Of a stretch of DNA of 64,000 nucleotides, positions 31,465 through 42,742 are shown in pieces. A program made the translations under genes and the position numbers. The stretch comes from Trypanosoma brucei. Its lineage: Eukaryota. The stretch covers positions 960,001-1,024,000 of the forward strand of contig CM000207.1 of NCBI GenBank assembly GCA_000002445.1. Direction: 5' to 3'. The first letter of the stretch is position 1; every line of letters starts with the position of its first letter. The notes beneath the pieces were generated by a model that made no database searches, was not told where the DNA came from, and saw only the letters and a program-made list of their open reading frames with translations.

Positions 31465-31774
31465 TCCTCTTGTTGCGCTTCTACCGATATATGTTTGCCG
31501 TAATGCTTTAATGAATTCCACCGCGGGAGTTACACGCAGTATCATTATGGACTGCGCTCGCAGGGAGAACCGTGCGATGTGGGCTGCATTCGAGTGTTTT
31601 GTTTCTTTCATGTGGTCGGCAAGTTCTGTAATGGGCGGATACATTGCTAGTGCGAAGGGATATAAGTATACATTTGTCATCACTGCCCTAATTCACTTTA
31701 TTGCTATGTTTGTATTGGTGCCGGCCATATCTGGTGTGCGGCAGTTGGATAGGCGCGGCAAGGTTTTGCGGTAA
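31465..31774 (+). pseudogene. 5'-truncated relic of a B-type copy of the MFS-like transporter (last about 100 codons only); marks the left edge of the transporter tandem array
   Basis: nt 31465-31774 is identical to 35478-35787 (C-terminus ...VRQLDRRGKVLR*). Sequence upstream of 31465 is unrelated, so the duplication breakpoint lies inside the CDS. Confidence 0.7.
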
Positions 31775-32356
31775 TTGAGTTTGTGTTGTTGGGATGGTTC
31801 AGTATTCTGCTGACCATTTGCTGTACGTTTGTGTTTTTGTCGACATAGTTTTTCGTTATGTGTAGTTTGCTGCAGGTTAGGAAGTTGAGTCATCTAGGAG
31901 AGCACGCATTTTGCCCGTATGTGGAATTGGTATCTTAATTGAGAATATAACGTCTCCAGTTGTGGGATATATATATATATGTATATATATTCTACATGCA
32001 TATCTAATTCACAAACAATGCGTCACCTTGAGGTGGCTGTTCACTACGAACTTTGTTACGCTTGGTTCCTCAATTTTTGGGTTGGACTCACCACTCATTG
32101 TGATCGGCTACGTTGTGGTACCCGGTTTATTGACTCTCTGCCTCTAGTGGCACATTATTAACTGTACATGCCACCGTGCTTTTCGCCCTTATTTGCTCCC
32201 TTTACGGTGGCCAATTTATATTTAACTTCTTCTTCATTTTGAGTGCCTTATTTGCTGTCATCACTCTTTAATTTTATATTTGGGCTGATTCTTATAACCT
32301 TGTCACTACTATTTATACATACCCTTGTATCTTACGTTAGATCACACTTCTTACCT

Positions 32357-33796
32357 ATGAGCAGCACAGACAATGATATCGTTGAGGAGCCCCGCAGTTT
32401 CCGGAAGGAATTAGAGAACAGTAACGTTAGGGGTGTGTTGTTGTTTGTATTCATTGATGGTGCTGCGTCCTCCATATGGTCTTCCCAACCGTACCAGGTG
32501 ATGGTCAGTCGCCTTGCAGGTGATACTGCAGTTGGTTGGGTATCCGCTGCCGCTGGAGTCGCACAAATCGTTGGCGCATTGATAGCTGGTGGTGTTCGCA
32601 ATGTGCCCCGTCAAGTCATCTGCCGCCTCAGCGCCTTTTGTGGTTTGGTTGCTGTGATCATGTCAGTTTATGGTATTACAACCCAAGATATAATGATATA
32701 TTACTTTGCTTCTGCGCTGTGGGGCATGTATGGAGGGATGGCGTTCACGGGGACTGAAGCGCTGTTTGCTGACAGTGTTGAATCAGGAAAGCGCGGCTTC
32801 GTGTACAACCTGAAGTGGATCAATGAAACAACAAGCTCATGCGTTGGCTCCCTTATCCTGCTTATCATGACACTCTACCTTGGAAACGACTGGGATACAA
32901 ATGTCTTGAAGATTCTCATGTATACCGGTCTTGCCGTTCACCCCACCGCTTTCTTTGCTTTACTCGGCATGAAAGACAAAAACATTCTCCACGTTGATGA
33001 TGGGTGTGAAGATTGCGAGCAATCCGCATCGGAAGCAAGCCAACGTCGACTGACTGATGGTGACTCATCAACCAAACCTTTACTGGGAGGAACTAAGGAT
33101 ATAATCGAAGAGGACGGCTGGGATGAAGAATCTGAGGAAGAGGAAAGAAATTGCTGTGACTACCTCTGTACTGGGGTCACATCCTCCTGGCAATGGCTCT
33201 TCACTGTGTCAGCTTTACCGTTTTTGCTTAGTCTATCTGACCTTCTGATAGCTACGGGTTCAGGTATCACGTTACAATATATATCTTTGTACTTCATTGA
33301 AAAACGTCACGTAACTCCTATTATGTTTTTCATTACAAACATTGCCTCCAATATCTGTATCGCGCTTTCTTCTACGATGGTGCGTTATCTCAGCGAGCAT
33401 CACCTTGATCGTGTGAGTGCCACCATACTCGTACGCACACTTAGTGCATCACTGTTGCTAACAATGGGTGTGATTGAACTTCCTCTTGTTGCGCTTCTAC
33501 CGATATATGTTTGCCGTAATGCTTTAATGAATTCCACCGCGGGAGTTACACGCAGTATCATTATGGACTGCGCTCGCAGGGAGAACCGTGCGATGTGGGC
33601 TGCATTCGAGTGTTTTGTTTCTTTCATGTGGTCGGCAAGTTCTGTAATGGGCGGATACATTGCTAGTGCGAAGGGATATAAGTATACATTTGTCATCACT
33701 GCCCTAATTCACTTTATTGCTATGTTTGTATTGGTGCCGGCCATATCTGGTGTGCGGCAGTTGGACAGACACGCAAAAGCGAAATCACGAACTTGA
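32357..33796 (+). CDS. Multi-pass membrane transporter, probably major facilitator superfamily (12 predicted TM, about 479 aa); A-type copy
   Basis: About 12 hydrophobic helices. An MFS motif-A-like 'QVMVSRLAGDTAVGW' sits after TM2. Acidic central loop 'EEDGWDEESEEEERN'. The track start 32243 is a GTG in a pyrimidine tract; the first ATG is 32357 (MSSTDNDIVEEP...). Confidence 0.75.
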   Translation: MSSTDNDIVEEPRSFRKELENSNVRGVLLFVFIDGAASSIWSSQPYQVMVSRLAGDTAVGWVSAAAGVAQIVGALIAGGVRNVPRQVICRLSAFCGLVAVIMSVYGITTQDIMIYYFASALWGMYGGMAFTGTEALFADSVESGKRGFVYNLKWINETTSSCVGSLILLIMTLYLGNDWDTNVLKILMYTGLAVHPTAFFALLGMKDKNILHVDDGCEDCEQSASEASQRRLTDGDSSTKPLLGGTKDIIEEDGWDEESEEEERNCCDYLCTGVTSSWQWLFTVSALPFLLSLSDLLIATGSGITLQYISLYFIEKRHVTPIMFFITNIASNICIALSSTMVRYLSEHHLDRVSATILVRTLSASLLLTMGVIELPLVALLPIYVCRNALMNSTAGVTRSIIMDCARRENRAMWAAFECFVSFMWSASSVMGGYIASAKGYKYTFVITALIHFIAMFVLVPAISGVRQLDRHAKAKSRT

Positions 33797-34374
33797 GTGG
33801 CATTGGTGAGGGAATGTTGTTTGTTGCTTTGTTGGTGTCGTGTCTGCAACTCATATTTGGGAATGCGTGGGATCAGGAGCGATTGCCATGGGTCTTTGCT
33901 TTGGAAAAGATCTCTTTTTTTTTTGTTGATTGCTTACTTGTACTACGTGTTGGTAGAACGGGCGCTTACGGGACTACATGCACTACTCCATATTTACCGC
34001 TGTTGGGTTTGCACAGGGAAATTAGTTTCGTGTCCCTCTCTTTCATTTTTAATTTTTTTTTACATCAACTTTGTTACGCTTGGTTCCTCAATTTTTGGGT
34101 TGGACTCACCACTCATTGTGATCGGCTACGTTGTGGTACCCGGTTTATTGACTCTCTGCCTCTAGTGGCACATTATTAACTGTACATGCCACCGTGCTTT
34201 TCGCCCTTATTTGCTCCCTTTACGGTGGCCAATTTATATTTAACTTCTTCTTCATTTTGAGTGCCTTATTTGCTGTCATCACTCTTTAATTTTATATTTG
34301 GGCTGATTCTTATAACCTTGTCACTACTATTTATACATACCCTTGTATCTTACGTTAGATCACACTTCTTACCT

Positions 34375-35787
34375 ATGAGCAGCACAGACAATGATATCGT
34401 TGAGGAGCCCCGCAGTTTCCGGAAGGAATTAGAGAACAGTAACGTTCGAAATGTGTTGTTGTTTGCATTCCTTAATGGTGCTGCGTCCTCCATATGGTCT
34501 TCCCAACCGTACCAGGTGATGGTCAGTCGCCTTGCAGGTGATACTGCAGTTGGTTGGGTATCCGCTGCCTCGGGGACCACCCAAAGTATTAGCGCATTGA
34601 TAGCTGGTGGTGTTCGCAATGTGCCCCGTCAAGTCATCTGCCGCCTCAGCGCCTTTTGTGGTTTGGTTGCTGTGATCATGTCAGTTTATGGTATTACAAC
34701 CCAAGATATCACTGTCATTCTTCTTGCTTCTGCGCTGTGGGGCATGTATGGAGGGATGGCGTTCACGGGGACTGAAGCGCTGTTTGCTGACAGTGTTGAA
34801 TCAGGAAAGCGCGGCTTCGTGTACAACCTGAAGTGGATCAATGAAACAACAAGCTCATGCGTTGGCTCCCTTATCCTGCTTATCATGACACTCTACCTTG
34901 GAAACGACTGGGATACAAATGTCTTGAAGATTCTCATGTATACCGGTCTTGCCGTTCACCCCACCGCTTTCTTTGCTTTACTCGGCATGAAAGACAAAAA
35001 CATTCTCCACGTTGATGATGGGTGTGAAGATTGCGAGCAATCCGCATCGGAAGCAAGCCAACGTCGACTGACTGATGGTGACTCATCAACCAAACCTTTA
35101 CTGGGAGGAACTAAGGATACAATCGAAGAGGAGAATGAGTCAAAAAAGTATCGTAAGTGCCTCTGTGGTCGGATAGCCTCCTTCTGGCAATGGCTCTTCA
35201 CTGTGTCAGCTTTACCGTATTTGGTTGCTGCAACCAATTTGATTGCTTTTATTGGTTCAGGAATGACAATGCAATACATTTCCCTTTATTTTATAAAAGA
35301 ACGTCATGTAACTCCTATTATGTTTTTCATTACAAACATTGCCTCCAATATCTGTATCGCGCTTTCTTCTACGATGGTGCGTTATCTCAGCGAGCATCAC
35401 CTTGATCGTGTGAGTGCCACCATACTCGTACGCACACTTAGTGCATCACTGTTGCTAACAATGGGTGTGATTGAACTTCCTCTTGTTGCGCTTCTACCGA
35501 TATATGTTTGCCGTAATGCTTTAATGAATTCCACCGCGGGAGTTACACGCAGTATCATTATGGACTGCGCTCGCAGGGAGAACCGTGCGATGTGGGCTGC
35601 ATTCGAGTGTTTTGTTTCTTTCATGTGGTCGGCAAGTTCTGTAATGGGCGGATACATTGCTAGTGCGAAGGGATATAAGTATACATTTGTCATCACTGCC
35701 CTAATTCACTTTATTGCTATGTTTGTATTGGTGCCGGCCATATCTGGTGTGCGGCAGTTGGATAGGCGCGGCAAGGTTTTGCGGTAA
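34375..35787 (+). CDS. MFS-like membrane transporter, B-type copy (about 470 aa); differs from A in discrete patches and in its C-terminal tail
   Basis: Same frame and TM layout. Variant segments: NVLLFAFLNG, ASGTTQSISAL, ITVILLAS, central loop 'EEENESKKYRKCLCGRIAS', TM7 'YLVAATNLIAFIGSGMTMQ', tail 'RRGKVLR*'. Confidence 0.75.
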   Translation: MSSTDNDIVEEPRSFRKELENSNVRNVLLFAFLNGAASSIWSSQPYQVMVSRLAGDTAVGWVSAASGTTQSISALIAGGVRNVPRQVICRLSAFCGLVAVIMSVYGITTQDITVILLASALWGMYGGMAFTGTEALFADSVESGKRGFVYNLKWINETTSSCVGSLILLIMTLYLGNDWDTNVLKILMYTGLAVHPTAFFALLGMKDKNILHVDDGCEDCEQSASEASQRRLTDGDSSTKPLLGGTKDTIEEENESKKYRKCLCGRIASFWQWLFTVSALPYLVAATNLIAFIGSGMTMQYISLYFIKERHVTPIMFFITNIASNICIALSSTMVRYLSEHHLDRVSATILVRTLSASLLLTMGVIELPLVALLPIYVCRNALMNSTAGVTRSIIMDCARRENRAMWAAFECFVSFMWSASSVMGGYIASAKGYKYTFVITALIHFIAMFVLVPAISGVRQLDRRGKVLR

Positions 35788-36369
35788 TTGAGTTTGTGTT
35801 GTTGGGATGGTTCAGTATTCTGCTGACCATTTGCTGTACGTTTGTGTTTTTGTCGACATAGTTTTTCGTTATGTGTAGTTTGCTGCAGGTTAGGAAGTTG
35901 AGTCATCTAGGAGAGCACGCATTTTGCCCGTATGTGGAATTGGTATCTTAATTGAGAATATAACGTCTCCAGTTGTGGGATATATATATATATGTATATA
36001 TATTCTACATGCATATCTAATTCACAAACAATGCGTCACCTTGAGGTGGCTGTTCACTACGAACTTTGTTACGCTTGGTTCCTCAATTTTTGGGTTGGAC
36101 TCACCACTCATTGTGATCGGCTACGTTGTGGTACCCGGTTTATTGACTCTCTGCCTCTAGTGGCACATTATTAACTGTACATGCCACCGTGCTTTTCGCC
36201 CTTATTTGCTCCCTTTACGGTGGCCAATTTATATTTAACTTCTTCTTCATTTTGAGTGCCTTATTTGCTGTCATCACTCTTTAATTTTATATTTGGGCTG
36301 ATTCTTATAACCTTGTCACTACTATTTATACATACCCTTGTATCTTACGTTAGATCACACTTCTTACCT

Positions 36370-37809
36370 ATGAGCAGCACAGACAATGATATCGTTGAGG
36401 AGCCCCGCAGTTTCCGGAAGGAATTAGAGAACAGTAACGTTAGGGGTGTGTTGTTGTTTGTATTCATTGATGGTGCTGCGTCCTCCATATGGTCTTCCCA
36501 ACCGTACCAGGTGATGGTCAGTCGCCTTGCAGGTGATACTGCAGTTGGTTGGGTATCCGCTGCCGCTGGAGTCGCACAAATCGTTGGCGCATTGATAGCT
36601 GGTGGTGTTCGCAATGTGCCCCGTCAAGTCATCTGCCGCCTCAGCGCCTTTTGTGGTTTGGTTGCTGTGATCATGTCAGTTTATGGTATTACAACCCAAG
36701 ATATAATGATATATTACTTTGCTTCTGCGCTGTGGGGCATGTATGGAGGGATGGCGTTCACGGGGACTGAAGCGCTGTTTGCTGACAGTGTTGAATCAGG
36801 AAAGCGCGGCTTCGTGTACAACCTGAAGTGGATCAATGAAACAACAAGCTCATGCGTTGGCTCCCTTATCCTGCTTATCATGACACTCTACCTTGGAAAC
36901 GACTGGGATACAAATGTCTTGAAGATTCTCATGTATACCGGTCTTGCCGTTCACCCCACCGCTTTCTTTGCTTTACTCGGCATGAAAGACAAAAACATTC
37001 TCCACGTTGATGATGGGTGTGAAGATTGCGAGCAATCCGCATCGGAAGCAAGCCAACGTCGACTGACTGATGGTGACTCATCAACCAAACCTTTACTGGG
37101 AGGAACTAAGGATATAATCGAAGAGGACGGCTGGGATGAAGAATCTGAGGAAGAGGAAAGAAATTGCTGTGACTACCTCTGTACTGGGGTCACATCCTCC
37201 TGGCAATGGCTCTTCACTGTGTCAGCTTTACCGTTTTTGCTCGCTTTGGGTAATTTGCTTATTTCCGTTGGCTCTGGAGTCACAATGCAATACATTTCCC
37301 TTTATTTTATAAAAGAACGTCACGTAACTCCTATTATGTTTTTCATTACAAACATTGCTGTCAATATCTGTATCGCGCTTTCTTCCACGATGGTGCGTTA
37401 TCTCAGCGAGCATCACCTTGATCGTGTGAGTGCCACCATACTCGTACGCACACTTAGTGCGTTTTTCATGCTAACAATGGGTGTGATTGAACTTCCTCTT
37501 GTTGCGCTTCTACCGATATATGTTTGCCGTAATGCTTTAATGAATTCCACCGCGGGAGTTACACGCAGTATCATTATGGACTGCGCTCGCAGGGAGAACC
37601 GTGCGATGTGGGCTGCATTCGAGTGTTTTGTTTCTTTCATGTGGTCGGCAAGTTCTGTAATGGGCGGATACATTGCTAGTGCGAAGGGATATAAGTATAC
37701 ATTTGTCATCACTGCCCTAATTCACTTTATTGCTATGTTTGTATTGGTGCCGGCCATATCTGGTGTGCGGCAGTTGGACAGACACGCAAAAGCGAAATCA
37801 CGAACTTGA
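36370..37809 (+). CDS. MFS-like membrane transporter, A'-type copy (about 479 aa). A-like, but with B-like or novel patches in TM7-TM10
   Basis: Identical to copy A except 'FLLALGNLLISVGSGVTMQYISLYFIKERHV', 'AVNICIA' and 'SAFFMLTMG'. The tail 'HAKAKSRT*' is as in A. Confidence 0.75.
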   Translation: MSSTDNDIVEEPRSFRKELENSNVRGVLLFVFIDGAASSIWSSQPYQVMVSRLAGDTAVGWVSAAAGVAQIVGALIAGGVRNVPRQVICRLSAFCGLVAVIMSVYGITTQDIMIYYFASALWGMYGGMAFTGTEALFADSVESGKRGFVYNLKWINETTSSCVGSLILLIMTLYLGNDWDTNVLKILMYTGLAVHPTAFFALLGMKDKNILHVDDGCEDCEQSASEASQRRLTDGDSSTKPLLGGTKDIIEEDGWDEESEEEERNCCDYLCTGVTSSWQWLFTVSALPFLLALGNLLISVGSGVTMQYISLYFIKERHVTPIMFFITNIAVNICIALSSTMVRYLSEHHLDRVSATILVRTLSAFFMLTMGVIELPLVALLPIYVCRNALMNSTAGVTRSIIMDCARRENRAMWAAFECFVSFMWSASSVMGGYIASAKGYKYTFVITALIHFIAMFVLVPAISGVRQLDRHAKAKSRT

Positions 37810-38447
37810 GTGGCATTGGTGAGGGAATGTTGTTTGTTGCTTTGTTGGTGTCGTATCTGCAACTCATATTTGGGAATGCGTGGGATCAGGAGCGATTGCC
37901 ATGGGTCTTTGCTTTGGAAAAGATCTCTTTTTTTTTTTGTTGATTGCTTACTTGTACTACGTGTTGGTAGAACGGGCGCTTACGGGACTACATGCACTAC
38001 TCAATATTCACCATTGGTAAGTTCCTTGGTCAGTGCCTGTTATTTTCAAATCTTTTTTTCTTTTTTTCGTTTTTCAATGGGCGTAATAAGTAGACGGTAA
38101 CATTCATCCTTGTATTATCTGTGAGTGCCTGTCTGGCGTGTGTGGCCTCCATTTGGTTGAATAATTGTAGGTTCCCTTCTATGTGTCGCTGGCGTTTGCC
38201 ACTGATTTTATTACCCTTTTCCGCTCTTATCTGCTGTTGCGGCCGTTATACCTCTGCTCCCAGTACCCTATTTTTCTTGGTGGGGGAAGCCGTTGTATTG
38301 GCGTGATGCATTATATATGCAGATGCACTGTCTAATCTCCGCGTTTTGTCCTTTCTGTGTTGTCCCTGTCCATGCTTAGTTGGTTTTCCTCCTGGCTCTC
38401 CTTTGTTATCCGTCGTTCAATTTTAATAGGCGTTTCTGCATTCTTTG

Positions 38448-39071
38448 ATGTCATGTGGGAAGCCCACGGACAATAACTCCAGGCTTGGTGGCGGTTGCGA
38501 TGAAGGTGCCCCCGATTTTTCCTCACAGCAAGTAACGGATAGGCATTTGCATGGCTACATCGCTATGGCGCTGCCTCTTGTTCATGTTCTGCGGGAGCAA
38601 CACACGTTGCGTGCCGAGGCAATTGCTCGCCAAATTACGGAGAAGTGGGGTGGTGAAGCAACTGCCGTGGAAAACTTGTTAAAACTTTTGGAGGAATACA
38701 ATGCGGAAACGGGTAACAATGTTGATGATACTTCCAGTCGTAGCACTAACTCGAGCCGGCAAGGTAGCACAGATGATGATGATTCCTTAAGCGAAGACTG
38801 TGAAGATGCGTACTCGGGTGACGAGTGTAATGGAAGTACCCTGCAAACCCTACATGATGTTGTTGAGCGTGTGCGATCATTGGAGCCTTATACACATTCT
38901 ATTCCTGAGGCTGTTCGCGAACCATCAACTGTTGCCGAGGCCGCAGAACCGCCGGTATTGCACGGAGATGACGGAGAGGAGTGTGAAGAGGAGAGACGAC
39001 TATTAGAAGACATAGACCGCGCTGTGAAGCGAGAAATGGATAGATTGTCGATAATCAGGAAACATCGGTGA
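38448..39071 (+). CDS. Hypothetical acidic protein, about 207 aa
   Basis: ORF with ATG at 38448 (the track start is a TTG one codon earlier). D/E-rich C-terminal half. No domain recognised. Confidence 0.45.
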   Translation: MSCGKPTDNNSRLGGGCDEGAPDFSSQQVTDRHLHGYIAMALPLVHVLREQHTLRAEAIARQITEKWGGEATAVENLLKLLEEYNAETGNNVDDTSSRSTNSSRQGSTDDDDSLSEDCEDAYSGDECNGSTLQTLHDVVERVRSLEPYTHSIPEAVREPSTVAEAAEPPVLHGDDGEECEEERRLLEDIDRAVKREMDRLSIIRKHR

Positions 39072-39803
39072 GGAACATGTACAGGCGTCAAAGGGTTATG
39101 CATATAATAGTTATGTTAGGGGGCTGTGTACGATCAACAAACTTATGCTCATCAGGAGAGGATAGTGAAATCGTTTGTGGAAACCGACTGCAACCTACGG
39201 AACCCACTGGCGGACGCAGAAGGGAGTTGTATGTGCGATGCTGAGCCGCGCGTTTCTCATCTTTCCACATATTTTTAAAGAGAATATATACGATATGATG
39301 ACGTTGCTTTTCTCGTCGGTCCCATAGCTTTGTGATATCAAACCATGTTTCATTTCCCAGAGATGCTGATGGTGAAGTGGCCGCGAACAGCAAAGAAGCG
39401 TGAGTGGCGTGTGCTGATCGGCGGGTAATGGCCCAGACATGGTCTGCCTCCAGCCATGCACTGTTTATTGGATCATGCAACCCACTATCCTGCCGATTTT
39501 ATTAAATTTCGTGCATCTGTCTGCCGTTGCTGTCACAAGCACCCATATTTACCCTACCTCTGTTCTACCTTACCAGTGGCGAAATACTAGCTAAACCTGC
39601 GCTAAGGGGGGGGAATTGGGCACCACAGTTCTCACCTCCGCGACCTCACCGTGCGTGGGGTGGGTGAACGGCGGTTGTACCCGGCTTCTCTACCCGTAGC
39701 GAAAAGGCAAGGAAAAGGGAGGGTAAAGACGGGGGGACTGCGCAGTGAGGTAGCAACCAAACGACTGAGGTGAAAACGAGTTCAACAGAATTACACCAAA
39801 GAG

Positions 39804-41816
39804 ATGATTCTCCGGGGACGGTTAAGCGCTGCCCTAATACTTTCTAGTTACAGGACGGTAGTGACACCAATCGCTCCACCACACTACGTTCGTCGTCGAA
39901 TACGGGAAAGTATGGTTCGCCATGTTCTAACCGCAGCACAACCTTTGACAGTGAGTGATCTCATAGATCTTGTGCGAGGAACTTGTGATGTTGAAGGTTA
40001 CGCGTCAGCCCACCGTGAAGAACTAGGTGACGCCAGTTTTCCGAATTCATCATCTGATGAGCAACCCCCAACGCACGCGGTCGGGACAGAGAAAGAGAGG
40101 CAAGTTAGACATCTCACCAACTTTCTGGTAGCCAACACTCCCGAACAGGGTGACACTTCGTCATCATCATATAAGAAGCAATCAAACTACTTGATAGAAT
40201 CAACGGTTCGACTTCTGCTCGCCGTTGACCCCCAGTTTCGCGTTTCGGTGGGAGGGTATGTGTGCTACCCCAATTTGCCATCGATGATCATTGCATCAAC
40301 GAATGTTGAACGTAACGAATCATGGGTGCGGTCGATGCGCTCTCTTGTGCGGGCGGAGGAGGCCGCACATAGGACTACCGTGGACTGTAATGACAACAGA
40401 ACCACACGACGTATCGTCTCTGCACGAGCAGAAGAGGGTGCGCCCTCCCGGGGGTGGAGCTATATTGTAAGTCTTTGGTGCATGTTGGATCCCCTTTCGG
40501 AAACTCCGGAGGAAAATGATGTGGGGCGAAGGGATCTCAAGCAAGATACACAATGCTCTAAAAGAAACGCGAGTCGCGGGGGGGGCTCCTTCTCCGAACA
40601 CCTTGCCGAGCTCTGGATTAAAACATATGACTCGAAGGAACTGCCCCCTCTTTTATGTGGAGGCTCACCGACGGGTGGTTGGCCTGGGGCTCGTCCTTGC
40701 GAGTTCCGTGAGTGTACTGAGGGAAACGATGCGCTTCGACGCTGGTGCGCCGAGACGCGTGAGGGATATGTGAACGACTTACTCTTGGCGAAGGCAGTTC
40801 TCGCGCCAGCGGCGAGGACGCTTTTGCAACAGGTTAATTTTCACATGGCGTATTTGTTCAACCTCATTGTAGGTGTGCCTATTACATTGGGGCGGTTGTC
40901 AGCCCTTGTGCAGTGGGAAAGCCATCCGTTTGCAATGCACTACCGCTCGTTTCTTCATTTCGTCGTTCTGTTTACTGGTTGCTCTGCAGTCCTGCAAATG
41001 GAGCGCTATGAAATGCGACGGCGAGAGGTGCAAAAACGGTGGAGAAGTTTGCTATGGGTTCAGGTGCACGAGGAGTGGGAGCGCCAGCGGCAACAGCAGC
41101 TGGTGGGCCGTTTTGCCTCGCGCACTCTCGTAGATGAGGCACACGCTAATACACGTACCGGGCAGGTTGAAGCGGCTGTGGCGAATGTAAGTGGCACTAG
41201 TGACGATTATGGTGATATAGGTGGTACTCCGAGAGTTTCTCTGGGCGCAGAGCATTACCGATTCTGGGTAACCGGCACTAGTGGCCCATCTGTGAGTCCG
41301 AAGTTTGCGGACGTGTGTCGATGTGTTTTCCTTATGCCGTCGGCGGGTATGGCACCGGTGGACGTGACAACGCGAAGTCCCTCTGAGGTGATGGACGACC
41401 TTGCGGCTATGGAGCAACGAAACGGTGAAGAAAAGGGAGGCACGGTGAATGATATCGTCGTGTTTGCTGCTACTCCCTTTGTGCTCGAGCAGCGAATATG
41501 TCGTCTTGTAAGACTGTGGTGGTTACTTGAGGGACAGCGCACATCTCAAGACCGCACGAATGATGTTGTTATTACTATACGGCGGCTCTCCCAGCTTTGT
41601 TTGTGGGAACACGAGTACGGCAATCCAGCTGCGTCACGCATGATGCTCCACTACCTTCAATCTTTCGAATATACAGAGGGCGTCATAAAGCTGGTGCCAC
41701 CACCTGAACAGTCAGTGACAAAGCCTGATAGTGTTGACACTGCCGGGCAGTGGTTGGTAGTTGTTTCTCGGGCAAAGAAGACGGGAAAGAAGAGCGCGGA
41801 AATTGATGGTTCTTGA
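39804..41816 (+). CDS. Hypothetical protein, 670 aa
   Basis: Long ATG-initiated ORF co-oriented with the unit. No recognisable motifs. Confidence 0.55.
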   Translation: MILRGRLSAALILSSYRTVVTPIAPPHYVRRRIRESMVRHVLTAAQPLTVSDLIDLVRGTCDVEGYASAHREELGDASFPNSSSDEQPPTHAVGTEKERQVRHLTNFLVANTPEQGDTSSSSYKKQSNYLIESTVRLLLAVDPQFRVSVGGYVCYPNLPSMIIASTNVERNESWVRSMRSLVRAEEAAHRTTVDCNDNRTTRRIVSARAEEGAPSRGWSYIVSLWCMLDPLSETPEENDVGRRDLKQDTQCSKRNASRGGGSFSEHLAELWIKTYDSKELPPLLCGGSPTGGWPGARPCEFRECTEGNDALRRWCAETREGYVNDLLLAKAVLAPAARTLLQQVNFHMAYLFNLIVGVPITLGRLSALVQWESHPFAMHYRSFLHFVVLFTGCSAVLQMERYEMRRREVQKRWRSLLWVQVHEEWERQRQQQLVGRFASRTLVDEAHANTRTGQVEAAVANVSGTSDDYGDIGGTPRVSLGAEHYRFWVTGTSGPSVSPKFADVCRCVFLMPSAGMAPVDVTTRSPSEVMDDLAAMEQRNGEEKGGTVNDIVVFAATPFVLEQRICRLVRLWWLLEGQRTSQDRTNDVVITIRRLSQLCLWEHEYGNPAASRMMLHYLQSFEYTEGVIKLVPPPEQSVTKPDSVDTAGQWLVVVSRAKKTGKKSAEIDGS

Positions 41817-42742
41817 CCACAGGAGTGAGTGCGTGTCCTTTGAGAACGCAGAACGGATATCAGTCATCTGCCTATGGCGCGTCTCCCACGATTGATCGCT
41901 GTCGCACGTGTAGTTCGATGTATCACCCAGACACTCGTTTCCTCTATTTAGATTCCATGTTTCGGTGATTGCAATATGGCGGTCTTTCTTTAACCCGCCT
42001 TCCATTGTATCGCGTGACTCACGGTTCTGCAATGGCCTCCGGTTTGGATTCAATCAAGATGGTTTCTGCTTCCCGAATTGAGAGTGTGTAACGTATTTTC
42101 TAACTTTGTATGAATATATAACAGAGGAAGATATGCTACACCACCCCCACCGTTGGTTGATGTTTTGTAGCAGCGCACTTTATGCGGGGAGACCTTCTGG
42201 TATGCAGTTGTTACGTCCAGCACACTCGGGTAATGCGAAATTTTTCGTGCGTTGGAGCCAGCTTATCGTGTGTGTGCAGTGCCGCTGTACCTAACTACGG
42301 ATTGCGGTTCGGTTAAATGTGGTTGCATGCACGTGGTTACGTCCAGTGATGGGAAGCCCCATTGATTATTGCGGGTAGCAAGCGGTGAAATAGTCACCCT
42401 AGCGATTATCACTGCGCGCGTGAGCCACGTGCGCATTTGTGTTGTGCGGCATGCTTTGTCATCTTTTACTCCTCGGCAATAGTGTGAGTGACGGGCGCTA
42501 CCGCACTTGCTGTTCGTTTAAAGAGTGACAGGTACGGACGTGCGTTTTTGTGGTGTGCTGCAACACCTCTGTTATTTTCCTAAAAATAGAAGTTGTCAAC
42601 AGATGATGCAAGTGAAGTGTTCGAGGTTTCGTGTCGCCACGTAACGCTCTTCACTTCCTTCGGTTGCCAATTCCACATTCGTGCATTTGGTGTTCCTCCT
42701 TTTTAACTAGACACATCACACCCCAGGCAACAGCCTAAAAAG

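Larger units (their letters stand above)
31465..37995 (+). repeat. Tandem array of MFS-like transporter genes with a 4013-bp period: truncated B, A, B, A'. All copies share a 340-bp upstream region; two alternating 3' flanks
   Basis: ORFs 32243.., 34261.. and 36256.. are >90% identical. Intergenic ORFs 31693..31893 = 35706..35906 and 31911..32147 = 35924..36160. Similarity is lost at about 37995. Confidence 0.9.

Noticed and set aside
32243-32356. N-terminal 38-aa hydrophobic extension (MPYLLSSLFNFIFGLIL...) on each transporter copy in the ORF track
   Set aside because: The track ORFs begin at GTG codons inside the upstream polypyrimidine tract. The first ATG (MSSTDNDIV...) is the plausible start. 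The same reasoning applies to the other GTG/TTG-initiated track ORFs (7105, 12216, 20276, 28323, 29784, 38445, 47137, 48218, 55280, 57858).
31432-35906. Repeated minus-strand ORFs (MMTNVYLYPFALAMYPP..., MTQLPNLQQTTHNEKL...) within the transporter array
   Set aside because: They are antisense to transporter C-termini or lie in the intergenic region and are duplicated only because the array is. No start/stop context or composition supports coding.
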